Assembly (NCBI GenBank): GCA_037481815.1
Contig: JBBFKX010000002.1
Span: 15,300 to 79,299, forward strand
Reading direction: 5' to 3'
From: a candidate division WOR-3 bacterium
Lineage (GTDB): Bacteria; Hydrothermota; 32-111
Length of the DNA: 64,000 nt
The first letter of the stretch is position 1, and every line of letters begins with the position of its first letter. The position numbers and the translations under genes are program-made. Shown in pieces: positions 29,794 to 38,778 of this stretch. The notes under the pieces are model-generated. The model was not told where the DNA came from, made no database searches, and saw only the letters and a list, made by a program, of their open reading frames with translations.

Positions 29794-30291
29794 TTACTTG
29801 AACAGATCATCAAGTTCACTTTCTGCTGCCTTTTTGAAATCTTCGTTAAAAGTATCTTTCATTCTTTCTGTGTTACTGCTCAATTTAGCAAATATATTGT
29901 TGAAAATCCTTTCGAGTTCAGTAACAGTTGTTTTGATTCTTATTCTGATAAGTCCAAGGTTTGTGGTTTTACCAAAAATAACAACGAGGATTATTCTTGA
30001 TAGAATTATTGTTATATAAATATTTTCCTGTTTACCCTGATGAAAAAGTTCTGTAAACTCATCTTCACCTATAAGTAATGCAAGTTGACTCGTTGCTGCA
30101 AAATCTGCTGCTGCAAGTGAGCCAAACGAAACAAGGTCAAGGTTTGAAATATTTCCAACAGAAGTAATAAGTTGTCCTGCCTTGTCGACAAGAAGTAGTG
30201 CAGTTGCGTTTGTCGATGTTAAAAGTTTGTTTAATGAGTTATTTATATCCCAGAAATCTTGTTCAAATATGCTCAGATTTTCATAACTCAA
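29794..30291 (-). CDS. mglB: Roadblock/LC7-domain protein, MglB-like GAP partner of MglA
   Basis: 165 aa; immediately upstream of and co-oriented with mglA; roadblock-like composition and size. Confidence 0.65.
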   Translation of the reverse strand: MSYENLSIFEQDFWDINNSLNKLLTSTNATALLLVDKAGQLITSVGNISNLDLVSFGSLAAADFAATSQLALLIGEDEFTELFHQGKQENIYITIILSRIILVVIFGKTTNLGLIRIRIKTTVTELERIFNNIFAKLSSNTERMKDTFNEDFKKAAESELDDLFK

Positions 30292-30299
30292 AAATCCTC

Positions 30300-31223
30300 C
30301 TATCTATTTGAACATTCCTCTTTCTTCAAAAGGTTCTGATACTTTTCATTCAAAAATCTTCTTAACTCCTCAACAAGTTCAGGATTATTTTTAAGGTGTT
30401 TAAACCTTTGCTGTCTGAAAAGGAAATCCTCTAACGGTCTCTCTCTTTTTGGCTTAACATTCACCTTATATTTACCATTTTCATATTCATAAACATTCCA
30501 GAAATGTGTTGAAACAGCAAGTTCTGCAAGTTCAACTGTTTCAGATGGCTCTGAGCCCCAACCAAGTGGACATGGGGAAAGAACATCTATGAACGATGGA
30601 CCATCAACTTTTAAAGCTTTTTTTACTTTTTCAACAAAATCGTTCCAATAAAAAATAGATGCCTGTGCTACATAAGGAATATTGTGTGCGATCATGATTT
30701 CTGTAAGATCCTTTCTGTGTTGCATTTTTCCTTTGATACTTTTTCCAGCAGGACTTGTGGTGGTGTTTGCTCCAAAAGGTGTTGCTGAAGATCTCTGGAT
30801 ACCTGTGTTCATATATGCACCGTTATCATAACACACATACAAAAGTTTATGCCCTCTTTCCATCGCACCTGATAAAGATTGTAAACCGATATCATAGGTC
30901 CCACCATCACCACCAAAAGCGATTATGTTTATATCCTTGTTAATCTTCCCTTTTTTCTTTAAAGCTCTGTACGCACTTTCGATTCCACTCGCTGTTGCTG
31001 CTGAATTTTCAAAAGCGTTATGCATAAAAGGAACCTTCCACGATGAATATGGGTATATCGTTGAAACTACCTCCATACATCCGGTTGCTCCAACAAAAAC
31101 CGTATTCTCACCTGCCGCAGCAGCGATAAGTCTTAAAATTATTGTTCCCCCACACCCAGCACATGCTCTATGTCCCGGGGTGAACAGATTGCCTTTACTT
31201 GCTAACTCTTTTATATTTGCCAT
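30300..31223 (-). CDS. porB: pyruvate/2-oxoacid:ferredoxin oxidoreductase beta subunit (TPP-binding)
   Basis: GHRACAGCGG motif, TPP-binding GGDGG region; 307 aa. Confidence 0.85.
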   Translation of the reverse strand: MANIKELASKGNLFTPGHRACAGCGGTIILRLIAAAAGENTVFVGATGCMEVVSTIYPYSSWKVPFMHNAFENSAATASGIESAYRALKKKGKINKDINIIAFGGDGGTYDIGLQSLSGAMERGHKLLYVCYDNGAYMNTGIQRSSATPFGANTTTSPAGKSIKGKMQHRKDLTEIMIAHNIPYVAQASIFYWNDFVEKVKKALKVDGPSFIDVLSPCPLGWGSEPSETVELAELAVSTHFWNVYEYENGKYKVNVKPKRERPLEDFLFRQQRFKHLKNNPELVEELRRFLNEKYQNLLKKEECSNR

Positions 31224-31232
31224 TTTTTACTC

Positions 31233-32408
31233 CTACTCTCTAACAGTTATATATCTGACAGGATCACCTTTACCATTCTTTTCAGTGAAATCTTTAATAT
31301 CATAAAAAACTTTTTCGATATCATCAACATCAATATCCCTTCCCCCAAGGCCATAAACATAATCTCTCAAAATTGGCTTTGATGAGGAAATATACAAAGC
31401 AGATTTGATATCGTTGAAAAGATGCCCACCGGTTCCTGAGAACATATCACTCCTATCAAAAACAGCACAACCTTTAATATTTTTTAAAGATTCAATTATA
31501 TCTTCCTCAAAGAATGGTCTATAGAATCTTATTTTTAATGATCCAACTTTATGACCATCTTTTCTTAGTTTATCAACAACATATCTTATCGTTCCAGCTG
31601 TTGAACCAAGAGCAACAAGACAATACTCAGCATCATCCATCATATATTTTTCAACAACATTATAATTTCTTTTCATGTTTTTGTTAAAATCTTTCAGAAT
31701 CTCTTTTATCTTAGTTTTAGATTCTCTTATAAAGTTTGCCTGCTGGACCTTCACTTCCATATAATAATCCTGTAAAGCAAGAGGCCCGACGGTTATGGGA
31801 TTATCAACATCAAGAATATTGTACGGTGTCTTTGGTTCGCCAAGGTATTTTTTTACCTCCTCATCATCATACATCTCAACTCTTTGCATAGCATGGGAGA
31901 TTATGAAACCATCTGTTGTAACCATCGATGGAAGAAAAAGATTTTCAGAAATTTTTACAGCCAGAATCGTTTGATCGTAAGCCTCCTGTGGATCTTCTGA
32001 AAAAATCTGTATCCAGCCAGCATCCCTTGAAGCCATTGTATCAGAATGATCACAGTGTATGTTTATTGGAGCGGATAATGCTCTGTTGACTTCACATATT
32101 ACTATTGGCAACCTTAAACCACCTGCTATAAATAGAATTTCATGCATAAGAGCAAGTCCCTGCGATGAAGTCCCTGTCATAACTCTTGCCCCAGCTGCCG
32201 ATGCACCAACACAGGCTGAAATCGCTGAATGTTCAGATTCTGTTGGAACAAAAACTGTATCAACTTCTCCGTTATTAACAAAGGAAGAAAATATTTGAAC
32301 TATTTCCGTAGCAGGGGTTATTGGATATGCAGCGACAACATCAGGATTTATCTGTCTCATCGCTTCAGCCATAGCTTCATTACCCGTTTTTGCAACTATT
32401 TTTGACAT
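31233..32408 (-). CDS. porA: pyruvate/2-oxoacid:ferredoxin oxidoreductase alpha subunit
   Basis: 391 aa; conserved N-terminal MTGNEA-like region of the alpha subunit; operon context. Confidence 0.8.
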   Translation of the reverse strand: MSKIVAKTGNEAMAEAMRQINPDVVAAYPITPATEIVQIFSSFVNNGEVDTVFVPTESEHSAISACVGASAAGARVMTGTSSQGLALMHEILFIAGGLRLPIVICEVNRALSAPINIHCDHSDTMASRDAGWIQIFSEDPQEAYDQTILAVKISENLFLPSMVTTDGFIISHAMQRVEMYDDEEVKKYLGEPKTPYNILDVDNPITVGPLALQDYYMEVKVQQANFIRESKTKIKEILKDFNKNMKRNYNVVEKYMMDDAEYCLVALGSTAGTIRYVVDKLRKDGHKVGSLKIRFYRPFFEEDIIESLKNIKGCAVFDRSDMFSGTGGHLFNDIKSALYISSSKPILRDYVYGLGGRDIDVDDIEKVFYDIKDFTEKNGKGDPVRYITVRE

Positions 32409-32426
32409 TTTATTTCTCCTTATAAA

Positions 32427-32702
32427 TCATTTCTCTTCTTTTATCATATCGATAGCATCAAAAGGACAAACCTTACTACAGATACCACAACCTTTGCAGT
32501 GATCATAATCTATTCCTATCATTTTTCCATCTTTTATTATAATCGATGAATCAGGACAAAAAAGCCAGCACTGTAAACACTGTTTACATTTGTCACTCTT
32601 ATACAAAGGTTTTTCAGATCTCCAGTCACCAGTTTTGAATTCTTCCGCTGTTCCACCTTTTACTATAAGAGCTATATCAACTTCTTTCCAATTTTTTTTC
32701 AT
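32427..32702 (-). CDS. porD: pyruvate:ferredoxin oxidoreductase delta subunit (2x[4Fe-4S] ferredoxin)
   Basis: 91 aa; two CxxCxxCxxxCP-type cysteine clusters. Confidence 0.8.
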   Translation of the reverse strand: MKKNWKEVDIALIVKGGTAEEFKTGDWRSEKPLYKSDKCKQCLQCWLFCPDSSIIIKDGKMIGIDYDHCKGCGICSKVCPFDAIDMIKEEK

Positions 32703-33280
32703 TCTGAAACAACCTCCTCATAAGCCCTTTTTATGGATTTGATGTTTCCATCAACAACTTCGGGCTTATTTGCAAATTTCTTTTTCAATTTCTCTTCAGT
32801 ATCTTTTAACATTCTTTCAAAATCAAGAATTTTTGTCACCTTAACCAATGCCCCAAACATGGGTGTGTTAGGTTTATTTGCACCTATTTCTTCCAGAGAA
32901 ATTTTTGAAGCATCAACAGTATAGATTTTTATATTCTTATTGATCTTATATTTCTCTCTTATCTCTGATGGTTTTTTTACAGTGTTAACTATAAGTATTC
33001 CACCATCTTCCATTCCAGAAGTGGTATCAACTGTATCCATAAGCGATTGATCAAGAACCACAACAACATCGGGATTTTTGATCGGGGAATGTATCGTTAT
33101 CTCTTTGTCGGACAACCTGTTAAAAGATTGAACCGGTGCTCCCATTCTTTCAGGTCCATACTCTGGAAAAGCCTGGATATATTTACCTGTAGCCAGAGCT
33201 GAATCTGCAAAAAGAAGTGCAACAGTTTTTGCTCCCTGACCACCACGTCCATGCCATCTGATCTCAAAAAAATCTTTCAT
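32699..33280 (-). CDS. porG: pyruvate:ferredoxin oxidoreductase gamma subunit
   Basis: 193 aa; RWHGRGGQGAKT motif typical of the gamma subunit. Confidence 0.8.
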   Translation of the reverse strand: MKDFFEIRWHGRGGQGAKTVALLFADSALATGKYIQAFPEYGPERMGAPVQSFNRLSDKEITIHSPIKNPDVVVVLDQSLMDTVDTTSGMEDGGILIVNTVKKPSEIREKYKINKNIKIYTVDASKISLEEIGANKPNTPMFGALVKVTKILDFERMLKDTEEKLKKKFANKPEVVDGNIKSIKRAYEEVVSE

Positions 33281-33388
33281 CGTTTAACCTCCGATTCATT
33301 AAAACTATATTATATTTTAACTCTTTTTAAAGTCAAGAAAATTTTCTTTTCTATTGATTTATTGCTTAAAACAATTAAACTATCATTT

Positions 33389-34408
33389 ATGGAATCTATA
33401 TATAACTATACTTTAACAAAGTTGAAAGAAGATCTTGAAAAAAAAGGATTTAAACCTTTTCGAGCTGAACAGATCTACAAATGGTTATATTGTAAAAAAA
33501 TCAACGATTTTACAAAAATGACAGATATCTCTTTAAAAGAGAGAGAGATTTTAGAAAAAATCTATGATCTCTCTTTATTTAAAAACTTCTTAGAGTTCAT
33601 TTCAAAAGTTGATAGAACAAAAAAATATCTTTTCAATCTCTCAGAAAATGAGAGTATTGAAACTGTTCTTATGAAAGAAGGTAAAAGGACAACCATCTGT
33701 TTATCTTCACAAACAGGTTGTCCATTAAAATGCAGATTCTGTGCTACAGGGAAAAAAAGTGGTAGAAATCTTTCAATTGAGGAGATTGTAAAACAGTTTA
33801 CAACAATCTACTATTTAAACCCTGAAAGGATTACCAACATAGTTTTTATGGGTATGGGAGAACCTCTTTTGAACCTTTCAAACATTTTTGAAACGATAAA
33901 AATTTTTAACGAAGAAAAAGGTATTAAAATCGGGGCAAGGAAGATTACAATTTCGACTGCGGGAATAGTTGAAGGGATTGAAAGGATCATTGAATTTCCG
34001 CTACAGGTTAAACTTGCCGTTTCTTTGAACAGTGCAATAAAAGAAAAGAGAGAATATCTTATGCCCATAACAAAAACAAACAGCATCTCTGCATTGAAAA
34101 AAGTGTTAAAAAAATATCAGGAAATCAAAAAAAAGAGGATCACTTTTGAATATATAATCATTCCAGGATTCAACGATAGCGAAGAGGATATAAAACAACT
34201 TTTAAAATTTCTTTCAGAATTCGACTGTAAACTCAACCTAATTCCCTACAACAAGACGGGTGGAGAGTTCAGAGAACCAACAGAAAAGGAAATAAAAAAT
34301 TTCTTTGAAAAGGTTTCTGTTCTCAAAGATGCAGTATCTATCAGAAAAAGCAAAGGCAAAGATATTTCAGGCGCATGTGGACAGTTAAAAGGGAAATTCA
34401 TTTCTTAA
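33389..34408 (+). CDS. rlmN: 23S rRNA/tRNA (adenine-C2)-methyltransferase RlmN (radical SAM)
   Basis: Radical-SAM CxxxCxxC (CPLKCRFC), conserved FMGMGEPLLN; start moved to the internal ATG at 33389 (conserved N-terminus begins there). Confidence 0.85.
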   Translation: MESIYNYTLTKLKEDLEKKGFKPFRAEQIYKWLYCKKINDFTKMTDISLKEREILEKIYDLSLFKNFLEFISKVDRTKKYLFNLSENESIETVLMKEGKRTTICLSSQTGCPLKCRFCATGKKSGRNLSIEEIVKQFTTIYYLNPERITNIVFMGMGEPLLNLSNIFETIKIFNEEKGIKIGARKITISTAGIVEGIERIIEFPLQVKLAVSLNSAIKEKREYLMPITKTNSISALKKVLKKYQEIKKKRITFEYIIIPGFNDSEEDIKQLLKFLSEFDCKLNLIPYNKTGGEFREPTEKEIKNFFEKVSVLKDAVSIRKSKGKDISGACGQLKGKFIS

Positions 34409-34913
34409 ACAGAGGATACTTTTTAAAACCTAAAATAGAAGATATAAGATTATAAGGGAACTGTTCGATCTTTGTGTTGAAATTTGTAACACACCAATTA
34501 TAACTTTCCCTTCTATCAGCTATATGGTTTTCTATCGTTGTTATCCTTTTTTGAAGGTTCAGAAAATTTTCATTCGCTTTAAGGTCTGGATATTTTTCTG
34601 CCAATGCAAAAAGTTTTTTTGTTTCTTTACTTAAAGCATTATCAAATTTTGATTTTTCACTTATTTCCATATCATCAGAATAACCACTTCGGATTTTGAT
34701 AACCTTTGCAAGAGTTTCCTGTTCATAGGAAGCATAACCTTTTACAACTTCAATAAGGTTTGTTAACTCATCATTCCTTTGCTTTAAAAGAACATCAATA
34801 TTTGAAAGTGATTGAAATATTCTATTTTTTAAAAATATCAGATCGTTGTAAAGGATTATAAAAATTGTCAAAAGGAAAAACAAAAAAAACAAAAAAATTA
34901 TCATAAAAATCAT
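34398..34913 (-). CDS. LemA-family membrane protein
   Basis: N-terminal TM anchor then helical LemA-like domain; 171 aa. Confidence 0.75.
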   Translation of the reverse strand: MIFMIIFLFFLFFLLTIFIILYNDLIFLKNRIFQSLSNIDVLLKQRNDELTNLIEVVKGYASYEQETLAKVIKIRSGYSDDMEISEKSKFDNALSKETKKLFALAEKYPDLKANENFLNLQKRITTIENHIADRRESYNWCVTNFNTKIEQFPYNLISSILGFKKYPLFKK

Positions 34914-36619
34914 TAAAAACCTCCAATTAAAAAAATTAATATAATTAATAAAATAACCATTATAAAAGACGATATTAGAAAAATGTTAGAATACTTTAAG
35001 AATGTTCTTTCACTGAAATCTGAAATAAAAAGTATTTTATCATCTTTAGAATATACCAGTTCAAGATTTTCATTTTCTTTTCTTTCCATTAATTTTTTAT
35101 CGAAATCTTTTTCCATACTGATTTTTGCTATCTCCCATTCATCACTGTCTATTTGCTCATCTTTGTTAAGGTCAAAGTTTTTCATATAGTCATGGTCCAA
35201 TTTTTTTTCTTTAATAAATTCATTTTTCTCTTTCATATAATCTTTGTTCACAACAGAACCAACAACAAAAACTTCACTCATAACAGGTAAAATCTCTTCT
35301 TCGTATTTTACTTCACCAACATCTTCTGTTGAAAAAAATTTATAAAATGTCTTCGTATAAACCGTTTTATTCTTTAGATTGAATGTGGCATTTTCTGTTT
35401 TCACAGATATCCTGTTCCCGTGTTCATCCTGTACAATAAATTTTTCTGGCAGATACTCTCCAATATGTTCGAGTTGCCATTTTGTTTTTCCCTCACTATC
35501 CTTTACTTTTCTAAATTTTTTGTACTGAAAATACACACATTTTGTTCCTGAAATTGGGGATGGGATTGCATACTCATCGGTTATAAAACCCTTTATTTCA
35601 TTTATCCCAACACTGATCGATTCAATTTTTGAAAATGGTATCGATTCAAGAAAAACTTTAAGTTTGAAAACTTTCACAAATGAAATAAAATAATAGAAAA
35701 TCCCACCAAGAAAAATATAGGAAAGCAGGTTGATTTTACCTATTCTGAAAAGTATTAGAAAACTAAAAAAAATTATTCCAAAAGGTATAAAAAAAGTTTC
35801 CAGCAGATTAAATTTGTTTACAGGGATCCTTTTTTTCTTAAAAATCAGATCATTTGGTTTATAGATATTATATTTAAAATCATATACAAGGTTATTATAA
35901 TCCTTCGTTTTTTTTCTATCAACATATTTTTGGTCATATTCAAAAGAATAAATCCCTTCTTCAAAAAGCAAAGATGAAATCATTGAATATGTTTTTAAAT
36001 CAAAAAAAAGTTCTTCAACAAAATTTTCAGAGTAGTTCAAATCTTCATAAAAGACCGAAGAAAAATTTTTTAAGGATTCATAAAATTTAAAAAAATTTTC
36101 ACTTTTCGAATACTTTGAAAAATTTTTAAGATTTGTATAATTTATCCTTTCCTGCTCAAATTTCAAAAGTATATTTTTTTCATGGGAATACAAGTAGAAT
36201 TCAAAATTTGACTGTAACAGTAGTTTTTTTAAATTAACATTTTCAATTCTTGTTTTATCAATTCCAGCCAAAAAAAGCAACCTATCATTTTTAGAGATTG
36301 TTATCTCACCTTTTTCAGTAAAAAATTTATATGCCTGTTCATCATACCTAAAAGTGGACACATCTGCAACCTTTATAGATGAGATATCATGATCTGAAAG
36401 TACAACAGATTTAATATTAATGGAATTCAGTAAATCTTTAATCTTTTCTAACTCTTCCTTATTTTCAGATCTTTTTAATACAGCCCAACCTTTTCCAATA
36501 AATTTCTGTTTTAGGGTATAAACATCGATTTTGGTAGTATGAAAAATTTGTTCAAAAAATTCTTTGTCAACGGATTCTGTTCTATCAAAGATACATTTTA
36601 TAAAAAGTTTAAACTCCAT
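34913..36619 (-). CDS. large membrane protein, C-terminal half GIDE-like (TM pair, ~220-aa domain, terminal TM); N-terminal 265 aa unassigned
   Basis: Start codon overlaps the LemA stop (translational coupling); topology TM-TM-soluble-TM fits bacterial GIDE-domain proteins known to pair with LemA; assignment from architecture only. Confidence 0.4.
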   Translation of the reverse strand: MEFKLFIKCIFDRTESVDKEFFEQIFHTTKIDVYTLKQKFIGKGWAVLKRSENKEELEKIKDLLNSINIKSVVLSDHDISSIKVADVSTFRYDEQAYKFFTEKGEITISKNDRLLFLAGIDKTRIENVNLKKLLLQSNFEFYLYSHEKNILLKFEQERINYTNLKNFSKYSKSENFFKFYESLKNFSSVFYEDLNYSENFVEELFFDLKTYSMISSLLFEEGIYSFEYDQKYVDRKKTKDYNNLVYDFKYNIYKPNDLIFKKKRIPVNKFNLLETFFIPFGIIFFSFLILFRIGKINLLSYIFLGGIFYYFISFVKVFKLKVFLESIPFSKIESISVGINEIKGFITDEYAIPSPISGTKCVYFQYKKFRKVKDSEGKTKWQLEHIGEYLPEKFIVQDEHGNRISVKTENATFNLKNKTVYTKTFYKFFSTEDVGEVKYEEEILPVMSEVFVVGSVVNKDYMKEKNEFIKEKKLDHDYMKNFDLNKDEQIDSDEWEIAKISMEKDFDKKLMERKENENLELVYSKDDKILFISDFSERTFLKYSNIFLISSFIMVILLIILIFLIGGF

Positions 36620-36690
36620 CTTTTGATTATATAATTATCTAAACCAATTTCAATACTTGAACATTCTTTTTTAAAATATATAATTTTAGG

Positions 36691-37257
36691 ATGTATAAAA
36701 AAGAGATTGAAAGAAGGTTTCTTGTTATCGATAAAAACTATTCTAAAAAGATATCATTTTTTAACAGGAAAAGAATAATTCAGGGATACTATAGGTCCGA
36801 GGATTTAAAAAAAATAAAAGGTGTTGATGAAATTTTAAAAAAAAATCCTGAATTTATAAATAAAATCGTTAGAATAAGAATTGAAAATAAAAGAGATATC
36901 TTTTTTACACTAAAAAAAGGTGAAGGAATTGAAAGGGATGAATTTGAAATAAAACTTGATTTCGATGAAAAAATTTACAAATTTATGAAAAGTGATAAAA
37001 AAGTTCTGTCAAAAATAAGAGGAGAATTTTTCATTGAAGGATATAAAGCAATTTTAGACAGATATACCAAAAGATACAGAGGGATTGAAATAGTTGAAAT
37101 CGAATTTAAAACCGAACCCGAAGCAAAAAAGTTTCAACCTTCAAAAAGCTTAGTCGAGATAACCAATCTTAATGAGTTATCAAATATGAGTCTCTATTTT
37201 AAGGATGAAAAAGAAATAATTAAAAAAGTTGAGGAGAATTATGGTTATAAAAATTAA
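36691..37257 (+). CDS. CYTH-domain protein (triphosphate tunnel metalloenzyme-like)
   Basis: N-terminal EIERRFLV matches the CYTH ExExK-type start; 188 aa. Confidence 0.55.
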   Translation: MYKKEIERRFLVIDKNYSKKISFFNRKRIIQGYYRSEDLKKIKGVDEILKKNPEFINKIVRIRIENKRDIFFTLKKGEGIERDEFEIKLDFDEKIYKFMKSDKKVLSKIRGEFFIEGYKAILDRYTKRYRGIEIVEIEFKTEPEAKKFQPSKSLVEITNLNELSNMSLYFKDEKEIIKKVEENYGYKN

Positions 37258-38248
37258 AAACAGGATAATAAAGAAGGGGGATATTTTTATCATCGCTGAA
37301 GGAGGGGTTAACCATAACGGTGACATGAATCTAGCAAAAGAACTTATCGTTAAAGCGAAAGAGGCAGGAGCTGATGCTATAAAGTTTCAAACATATAAAA
37401 CAGAAAAGTTGATAATAAAAAACAAAAAAACAGAGAACTTTTTTAATATGATAAAAAGATTGGAACTCTCTGAAGAAGATTTTATAAAATTAAAGGATTT
37501 CGCAATAAAAAATGATATAATCTTTCTTTCAACACCAGATGAGGAAGATTCTTTAAATTTCCTGCTCTCATTAAATCTTCCTGCTATAAAAATAGGTTCA
37601 GGTGAAGCAAACAATATCGATTTTCTCATAAAAGTTGCAAAAACGAAAAAAGTAGTTTTGATATCAACAGGATGCTGTAACGAAGAAGAAATCGATAGAA
37701 TCTATCAAACCGTATACCCTTTGAATAAAAAGATGATACTTATGCATTGTATTTCAGAATACCCTGCTAAGATAGAATCTTTAAACCTTCAATTTATAAA
37801 AAAAATGATAAAAAAATATAATTGCCCGATTGGATTTTCTGATCACACTACTTCCATATTTACTCCATCGATTGCATACATACTTGGGGCAACAGTTATT
37901 GAAAAACATTTTACGCTTGATAAAAATCTTCCAGGACCAGACCATTCATCTTCTCTTGATGTTGGTGAATTCAAAAGTATGGTTAACTTGATTTATGAAA
38001 CAAAGGAAGCACTCGGTAAAGATATAAGGAAGATAACTGAAAGCGAGGACAGGATGAGAAAGTTCATAAGAAAATCTCTTTTTTCCAAAAGTGAGATAAA
38101 AAAAGGTGAAACCTTAACAAAAGAAAATACAATCCTTTTAAGACCAGAAATAGGGATAAGGGCTGATCAGGCAACAAAAGTTTATGGAAAAAGGATAAAA
38201 ATTAAAAAAAATAAATTTAAACCAATATTTTCAAATGAGATAGATTAG
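37229..38248 (+). CDS. N-acylneuraminate-9-phosphate / nonulosonic acid synthase family (NeuB/PseI/LegI-like)
   Basis: IIAEGGVNHNGDMNLAKELIVKAKEAGADAIKFQTYK is the NeuB-family TIM-barrel signature; start ambiguous (37229 or 37241). Confidence 0.8.
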   Translation: MRRIMVIKIKNRIIKKGDIFIIAEGGVNHNGDMNLAKELIVKAKEAGADAIKFQTYKTEKLIIKNKKTENFFNMIKRLELSEEDFIKLKDFAIKNDIIFLSTPDEEDSLNFLLSLNLPAIKIGSGEANNIDFLIKVAKTKKVVLISTGCCNEEEIDRIYQTVYPLNKKMILMHCISEYPAKIESLNLQFIKKMIKKYNCPIGFSDHTTSIFTPSIAYILGATVIEKHFTLDKNLPGPDHSSSLDVGEFKSMVNLIYETKEALGKDIRKITESEDRMRKFIRKSLFSKSEIKKGETLTKENTILLRPEIGIRADQATKVYGKRIKIKKNKFKPIFSNEID

Positions 38249-38403
38249 AAGATGGTGTATATGAATGGAGAAATTGTTGTTGATGTGAATAAAAAGATCA
38301 ATAAACCTAAAAGTAAAATTATGATAATAAGAGGGAGTAACCAGTATTTTTTCTTTTTCAACAAAAATTTCATCAAAGATTTCAGAGTTTTTAAAAATCC
38401 CAT

Positions 38404-38778
38404 TTAGAACGGCTCCTCAATATCAAATTCATCTTCCACATATTTGTTGTAATACGAACTCTCTTGTTTTTTTATATTCTTATAAAACCTTTTATCCATA
38501 ATGTAAAGTATCGGCTTAAACATTAAAAAAATTATATAATAGATTATAACTACTATCAATACTGTAAAAAGAAATGCAACAAACAAAAAGAGTTTATCCA
38601 ACAATTTTTTAGCAATAAATAATTTTTTCGGTAAAAATATTAAAAATAAGAGTGAAACCACTGTTAATGAAAAGAAAAAAATTTTCAGTAATCCAAATTT
38701 TCTAAAGATAAAGGTTAACATTAAAAATATTAAAACTACCTGAACGGATTTTAACCTTTCAATCATTCCTTTTTTCAA
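38404..38778 (-). CDS. small hypothetical membrane protein (3 predicted TM helices)
   Basis: 124 aa, hydrophobic, last gene of the long minus-strand gene string; no family recalled. Confidence 0.35.
   Translation of the reverse strand: MKKGMIERLKSVQVVLIFLMLTFIFRKFGLLKIFFFSLTVVSLLFLIFLPKKLFIAKKLLDKLFLFVAFLFTVLIVVIIYYIIFLMFKPILYIMDKRFYKNIKKQESSYYNKYVEDEFDIEEPF

Noticed and set aside
38249-38403. Possible 47-codon small ORF (starting at the ATG at 38261) or terminator in the convergent gap after the NeuB-like gene
   Set aside because: No convincing hairpin followed by a T-run; the small ORF has no ribosome-binding site or recognisable features and is below a sensible calling threshold.
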